DNA of 62,926 nucleotides, counting the filler, from Aduncisulcus paluster (taxonomy: Eukaryota), in NCBI GenBank assembly GCA_024181965.1. It is 6 parts of 6 records of this genome, joined end to end, with 100 filler letters (N's around TTAATTAATTAA, not from the genome) between each part and the next. Parts side by side here need not be neighbours in the genome. Positions count along the whole stretch, not along the records: positions 50,616 to 57,170 come from BQXS01011036.1; positions 57,271 to 62,926 come from BQXS01011039.1; 4 more parts are not named here. One strand, written 5' to 3'. Both the position numbers and the translations under genes were made by a program. Below are positions 56,671-62,926 of this stretch, in pieces; the stretch's first letter is position 1, and every line of letters starts with the position of its first letter. The notes beneath the pieces are model-generated. The model worked only from the letters and a program-made list of their open reading frames with translations, had not been told where the DNA came from and ran no database searches.

Positions 56671-56845
56671 CCAAGCCTTATTCACAGGAACATTAAGCCT
56701 GCCACCAAATTGGCAATTTCCTTGTCATCTTCATCCCAATTCTATGAAATGCACCATTGTTCTCTCTGATCTCGGTCTTGCTGAAATCCAAGGCCACATG
56801 TATACTGATAACAAAAGATAAACTGCTGTCACTCCGTATGAACAA
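56671..56845 (+). pseudogene. Protein-kinase gene relic (subdomains VIb-VII)
   Basis: PSLIHRNIKP / NFLV / PNSMKCTIVLSDLGLAEIQ across two frameshifts, then a stop. Confidence 0.75.
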
Positions 56846-57170
56846 TTAGAAGTAAAATAAATGTTTTCAAATGGATAAAACTTAATTGGAGATTATCATT
56901 ATTGTTTTAAATTGAACATATACCGTTTCTAGTCGAGTAGAGATCCGGGATCTTGCCAAGATAGGCTTAATCAATACTTGGTTTCATTGCTTCCTATTCA
57001 CTCTTGACTCCTTTCTAAAATGACTTAGCTTATTTTGATGGCTCTAGAGAGTAGCATCTTGATGCCTTGTCTTGCTAAATCTTCTCAATATATGTTTGCT
57101 GTTGCCTTTTTCAGAAATTTCTATTGATTACCGTACACCTATTCCTCCCTACTCCTCGGTTCTTTAGTTA

Positions 57171-57270
57171 NNNNNNNNNNNNNNNNNNNNNNNNNNNNNN
57201 NNNNNNNNNNNNNNTTAATTAATTAANNNNNNNNNNNNNNNNNNNNNNNNNNNNNNNNNNNNNNNNNNNN
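57171..57270. other. Artificial contig-joining spacer
   Basis: N44-TTAATTAATTAA-N44. Confidence 0.98.
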
Positions 57271-59636
57271 GACATCATGACATCACGACGGGCAGTTTCC
57301 ATTTCAACAACACTTGCCACATGCTCGATAACATTTTCCATCGTTTCTACGGTCTCTTCAAACAAAACACGCTGTCCTTGGAGTGTTACATCACCACCTG
57401 ATGCGACAGTTAATGAACAAAAGGGAGATGTGCCCCAATAGTGGAGAGAGTGTTGAGACACTGTGCCATTGATGATATCTTCATCAGGAACCAGATCCAC
57501 AGCCCTATCTTTCTCAGTAACAAGCACAGTCTGGCTTCCTACAGTTATAGAAACCCCTCCAGCATCATCAGTGTGCTCACTCTTATTCTCAGTTTCTAAA
57601 TTTAGCCTTCCATCTTTACGAGCAACTCCGAGTGGATGTCTTTTGTTCTTACTGTTTGTTGATGATGCGACAGATCCACTGAGGAACGTAGAGGTGTGTG
57701 AGTGAATATCAAATGGACCACCCTTAACTCTCTGAAGCACATCAATGGCATTCTTTACGCCACCCCCAACACTCTTTCCCTCCTGAACAATCTCTAGTAC
57801 TCTAGAAACGCCCGTAGATGCGCTTAGATTATCACAAATCTCCTCTCTTCGAGCTCTGGAATGAGGATGTAAGTAAGTTACTGTCTCAGCAAGGCTAGAA
57901 TGCAGGTGGAGTGGAGGAGATGACGAAAACACCGAGTTCTTTCTCATGGCTATCATCTTCCTCCACGCTATTGTTTGATTGACGATACCACATAGCCGAT
58001 ATATCTTCATAATGATGTGTACCAAGATAATCATGTTGTGGACATACTCAGACTCATTGAAGTGCTCAACAAGAGAACGAAGGGAATGGGTGTGAATAAT
58101 AGGTTGCAAAGTTGACGTGTTAAGAGGGAAAACTATTTTTAGAACATATTTGAGAAGGTTTAGAGTGAAAGCATTTGGAGAAGGAGGAGTAAATGAAATA
58201 GGCGAATATGATTGGAATCTATTACAATTCTTGCCCACAGGCTGTTGATCATCACTATTTGTGCTATTTTTAGACCCTTGACCTTGAGTGGAAGGAGAAG
58301 ATGAAGACAAACTATGAGGATCAGAAGGATTCATGCCCACACGTATTTTTTTCTCTGTCTGAGCCAATGTGAGACCTTCACAAGCTCCTTTCGGGAGAAC
58401 TTCAACACATCCTTTCAAATTACGCATGATTTTCCCAGAAACCCCTAAAATAGATTGGACATTTCTACAGGCTTGGATTGGACCAAATAATGAGGAAATA
58501 CTATTAATTTCGGCCTCTAATGCAGAGCAAAGATGGATACAAGTCGGTAATGAAGGATTAACGGGTAAAGAAAGTGGGATAACTAATTCCTCCATACTTG
58601 GACAGTACGGATATGACGATAATGTTGAAAATAGAAATAATTGTTGTTTGGAGGGTAAAGGTGATGGAACAATGGCACCACGAGGGGGGAATTTAGAGCT
58701 AGAAGAGATAGATGTAATTGGGAAGAGATTATTGTATCTATCAGTATCAATAATCGAGGAATGGTGGGAATCATGCTTAATTGTACGCTGAGAGGGAACA
58801 ATAATTCTATTATCTTCAATAATTAAACGTTTTTCGCCCAAAACAGCCTTTTCTACTTCAACACGACTATTTTGACTCCATAGCTCTAAATATCGAACAA
58901 AATATTGAAAAGGAAGGCTATTGCGCTTCTCTCGTTCAATTTCTTTGGTTAATATATACATGTCATCGCTTTTAATATAGCTATGGGCATCTTCAACATG
59001 GTCATATTCACCATAAGGGAAATCCCAGGTCATATTAGCATCAGAAAAAGTTCTTTCCATTTCCTTAATAATACTGTCCATTTTTAATTGTTTAGATACC
59101 CCAGATACCCTTTTAAATACATCAGAAAATACTTCGGCTTTGTTACGCAATAATTGAGAATAAATGGACACATATTTCAGGTTAATTTCATTTATATCCA
59201 TTTCTCTAATTCGACTACTAATCATTTTAGACATAATATTGTATTCAGCAGCATATTGTTTTGATTTTAAATAAAGAAGCCTAATTAACTCAAAAGTAGA
59301 AGTAATAATTTCATTATCGGCTATTTTTGCAGAAATAAAGTCGTTTGACGCAACTTGTGGTACAATTTTGGGCTTTTCCGAGATGGAACTGATTCTCTTG
59401 CGCACTTCACTTGAAAAAGCAGTGGGTTCAATTGGAATAAATCGCATATTTGAGGGAATTATTGAACTATTAACAAATGTGGGTGAATCAATACGCGATT
59501 TAACTTGCTCCTTAACCTCTTTTGAATGAGATAAAACAGATTGAACATATTCTTCAAGAGAATGGATATCTTTCCGTAGTTGTTCTTCGGATTTAGTTTT
59601 TATATCACCAGTTATTTTATAATTTAAGGATTTCAT
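57271..59636 (-). CDS. Hypothetical protein, 3' partial
   Basis: ~790-codon ORF running into the spacer; no recognised domain. Confidence 0.7.
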
Positions 59637-59827
59637 CTTAATTACTTCTCATGAACTCGAGATGTGACACAAAAAAAAGAAAAAATCTTAGAGTCGGCGA
59701 ATAACTGATTATTTCAAACTTATTTATTTTTTTACTCCCTAAAGGTTCTTTTGTCGTCATTCATCAAATTATATGTACATCTGCCCCTTTTTCAGCTCTC
59801 CAGTTATTCAGATGCCATTTTGTCATA

Positions 59828-61623
59828 ATGGAAATCCTCAGAAAGGAGTTAAGGGTTGTTGAGCTGAAAAAGCTCGATATCCGGAAAATTTTAAGTATGT
59901 TTTACTTCCTATTTGAGCTTTGAATAATTTTTGATTTTCAAAATTCACTGAAATCTCGTATTATCTTTATATTAAAGAAAATATTATGAAACAAAATATA
60001 ATAACTCAAGGAATTATGCTTCTAAATTTATCAATTGCCCAATATAAGCGAGTAGATCAACTGTTAGGAGACTGTTTGTCATTCGTCAATTCTGCCAAGA
60101 AAACCAAAAGTAGAATCAAGAAATTAAAGAAAACTCAAATAATGGCGGAATCTCATGAATCGACGGCAAGTTCAGAAGTTGCCATTCCATTTGCTTATGA
60201 GAGTCAATCATTAGACCCCTTTGTACAGGCTGAATTACATGGAACTGTTCTTGATATGTCCGATGGATTTACCATGGTTACACAGAGTCTGCAAGTTATG
60301 GATGATTTTGGTTTTGGCGACGTGAATATGGATTCCGAAGAGATTGACTTGGCAGGATTGGATTTTTCTGCTGGAAGTTCCCAAGAAAAACTCAAAGATA
60401 CATTTTTGGACCTCCATGAAGAACAATTTGAAGGTGGTCTTGAAGGAGATTTTGGCTTTGGTGGGGATGATTTTGATGTTGGTGCCATTGATGCAACTGT
60501 CGAATCCGCTCCCCACGTTGATTCCAATGGAAACGATATGGTAGAGGAAAATAGTGAGAAGATAGCCACCCCAATGAGAAGAATGATACAATCTCCTGGT
60601 ATAGAGACATCGCTTGAAGAGATGCCTTCCATCCAATCTGTATTTTCTGTTGGTTCCACTGAGGTTCAAGAACATGAGAAAGCACCAAGTACTGGCAGCA
60701 CAAAGAAACGATTCCAAGGGATTATTGATGAGAATCCATTCCTTGATAGATCACAATTCCCTAGTTGTCCACATTATACTGTCAAAATTGGGAGGGAAAA
60801 GTCGATAGATATTTCATCCTGGGCACATTTTATGATCAAAATTCCCGAATTGATCGACCTTACAGGTCTAGATTTTACTTCTGTGAGTTCACAAGAAGAC
60901 ATTGACAGAGAAAACAATTCTATGAATCGCCACGAAGAGCAATTTGAAGGGGATCTTGAAGGAGATTTTGGGTTTGGTGGAGATGATTTTGATGTTGGGC
61001 CCATTGATGCCATTGGCTCTGCTCCCCAGACAATTCCTGTTGGAAGTGATATGGGATTGCCAAATGTCGGAGATGAAGATAGTGAGAAGATAGCAACACC
61101 AATGGGATCTGATTTAATTGATCCTTCACACTCTCCAATACAAAAGACTCCAAGCATCCTTCAATCTCCAGAATTAGAAGGATCTCAAGGAGATATGCCA
61201 TCGATACATTCAATGCCTTCTATTGGAATGAGTATGGGTGACTCAAACATGTCAGGATCGTCTAATGTGAGTAACTTTGACTCAATGAATGGCGCTCCCT
61301 CTGATGGGTCTGAAAGTGCGATATCTATGAGTACAATATCAACATCTAACTTGTTCCAACAAGAGGAAGAGCAAGAATTGATAGCATATGCCAAAGAACG
61401 GAAAACTTTCAAATTTGATGACTTGATTCAAGAAATGAGTGTGATTCGTGAAAAGTCCAAGGCCAAACGTGAAAAAATTATGAAATTGCGAAAGAGCCAA
61501 ATGTTTTTCTCTTTATTGGCAGCTTACTCTGAAGGTTTAGTGGACGCTGAGATTAAAGATGGCGAAATAATTGTGATGCATACTGGTGAAGAAGGGAAGT
61601 CGCAAGAATCACTCATTAAATAA
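59828..61623 (+). CDS. Divergent Rad21/Rec8-type kleisin (2 exons)
   Basis: N-terminal LDIRKIL..GIMLLNLSIAQYKRVDQLLGDC resembles G.LLLGVVRIY.RK..YLL.DC. Central KKRFQGIIDE. C-terminal FKFDDLI..SQMFFSLL..GLVD..GEIIV winged-helix pattern. Acidic linker. Confidence 0.6.
59895..59977 (+). other. Spliceosomal intron, 83 nt, phase 1
   Basis: GTATGT...ATTAAAG; in-frame join IRKIL-K-NIMKQ. Confidence 0.75.
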
Positions 61624-62026
61624 ACGATGATATATAAGCCTGAGAAATATTCATGTCGAAGCATATAAATAACTATTGAGAGCAGCTGTACAATTATTTT
61701 TTTCAGTAATTGGTGTTCCAGCAAGAATTTGATGACTTCAATGATTCTCTCAGTTTCCTCATATTTAAATCAATTTTTGAACAATCTGCATACCATATGG
61801 TTATAAAATTAGAAGAATTCAGTTGTAAAATGGAACAGTTCAGCGAAGATAAGCAAATTATCTTCCGCATCATATTGGAAAGGTGTTAAATAATATTCTT
61901 AGTAAAATAATGGATTTCAATTCTTTTTATACCAATTATTTATCTATGCTGATAGAATACTTGATGTTTCATTGAAAGAATATAAAATCTCATTTTTCTT
62001 GCACTTGGATTTGAAAAAGTTGAAAA

Positions 62027-62926
62027 ATGGACAAATATATCTTGGCTGAGAATTCAGGGTCCCATATTGGAAGACTTGTGCAAATAATCAACCAATATGA
62101 TCCTTCTTCACTGACTTGTCCCATGAAACATGTCTTTTATAATTTTTACAACCCCAAGAAGCCACATCACATATTGAAAATAGATTCTTCTTCTGTTTCA
62201 AAGTCTTCATCTTCTTCTAGTGGGTCAAGTTCATTGTTTGGAGGATCATCATCTTTGTTTGGTTCATCCTCTTCTAGTTCATCCTCTTCGTCGTCTTCTT
62301 CAAGTTTATTTGGAGGTAGTAGCTCTAGTTCTTTATTTGGGGGCTCAAGTAGCTTCTTCTTCTTCTTCTTCCTCCTCCAAAGGTGCCACTGAGCCTGGGC
62401 TGGTATCTGTGTCTGCAGAGAAACCAGCTGCATTTGATGATAAAACATGGCATCTCGCCCAAAAATATAATCCAAATCCTAAAAAATATGTTCCTGTACT
62501 TGCTGTTGGTTTTGATGATCTTGAAACTAGAATTGTCCAACAAAAGCTTGTTTTAAAACAACAATACAAGGCCAAGCAAGTGATGGAGGAGCGTTCTCAG
62601 AAGCTTCAACAACAAATAGCCGATTTGTCCGATGTGAAGTTTGTAAGCCTTCAGATTCTACAATCTCAACTTCGCCAAGTAATTTTTAGATTGCTAGCCC
62701 GTCTGCATCAAATTTGTGATGTATCGCAACATGCTCCAGAGTTTGAAAGAGAATTAAAAATGATGCGTGGAAAGCTCGATAGTTCGATTGACAAGGGATT
62801 GAGACAACTTACTCTTAAATCAAAGGCCATGAAACAGAAACCAGATCATAAAATCGATGAAGCTCAACTCAGTGATGTTACAAGAACTCTTGGAGACATG
62901 AGTCAGGCGATGGAACAACTTGTTGG
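62027..62926 (+). CDS. NUP54: Nucleoporin Nup54/Nup57, 3' partial, one apparent frameshift
   Basis: YDPSSLTCPMKHVFYN, four SLFG repeats, then (+1 frame after ~62354) WHLAQKYNPNPKKYVPVLAVGFDDLETRIVQQ and a coiled coil open to the window end. Confidence 0.8.

Noticed and set aside
56960-57170. Degenerate coding-like sequence at a contig end (minus strand)
   Set aside because: Stops in the frames examined and no identifiable motif.
12397-57270. Five identical TTAATTAATTAA motifs as a biological repeat
   Set aside because: Always centred in exactly 100 nt of N padding; an artificial six-frame-stop linker. Gene neighbourhoods across them are meaningless.
373-62575. Numerous short overlapping or antisense ORFs in the ORF track
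   Set aside because: Shadows of real genes and of Ser/Glu low-complexity tracts, with no independent motifs.

Overview
AT-rich, gene-dense, intron-poor eukaryotic DNA using the standard genetic code. It is not one continuous locus: six draft contigs are joined by artificial 100-nt spacers (N44-TTAATTAATTAA-N44). Four internal N20 gaps are each flanked by a 285-405 nt sequence written twice. Ciliary genes, short 5'-biased GTATG introns and a repetitive 'PIPRDDP' protein family suggest a free-living fornicate flagellate, possibly Aduncisulcus paluster; that assignment is from recall and is unverified. Recognisable genes: a CPA2 antiporter with a split RCK domain, an RIIa/EF-hand protein, an asteroid-like PIN protein, a truncated TRP14, an ankyrin protein, CDC45, ELP3, a pseudokinase-B-box-coiled-coil protein, a single-domain NadE, cathepsin B, a divergent homeodomain protein, ARL13, a DMT transporter, an SWI3-like protein, a Fused/STK36-like C-terminus, a Rad21/Rec8-like kleisin and Nup54. 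There are also eRF1 and kinase gene fragments. Six introns can be placed exactly. Several genes are broken by frameshifts at microsatellites or homopolymers, probably assembly errors. The most striking unexplained signal is a set of sequence-unrelated perfect palindromes with a single central base (arms 5-11 nt). They occur in abutting or overlapping chains in intergenic DNA, and one coincides with a frameshifting insertion in a pseudogene.
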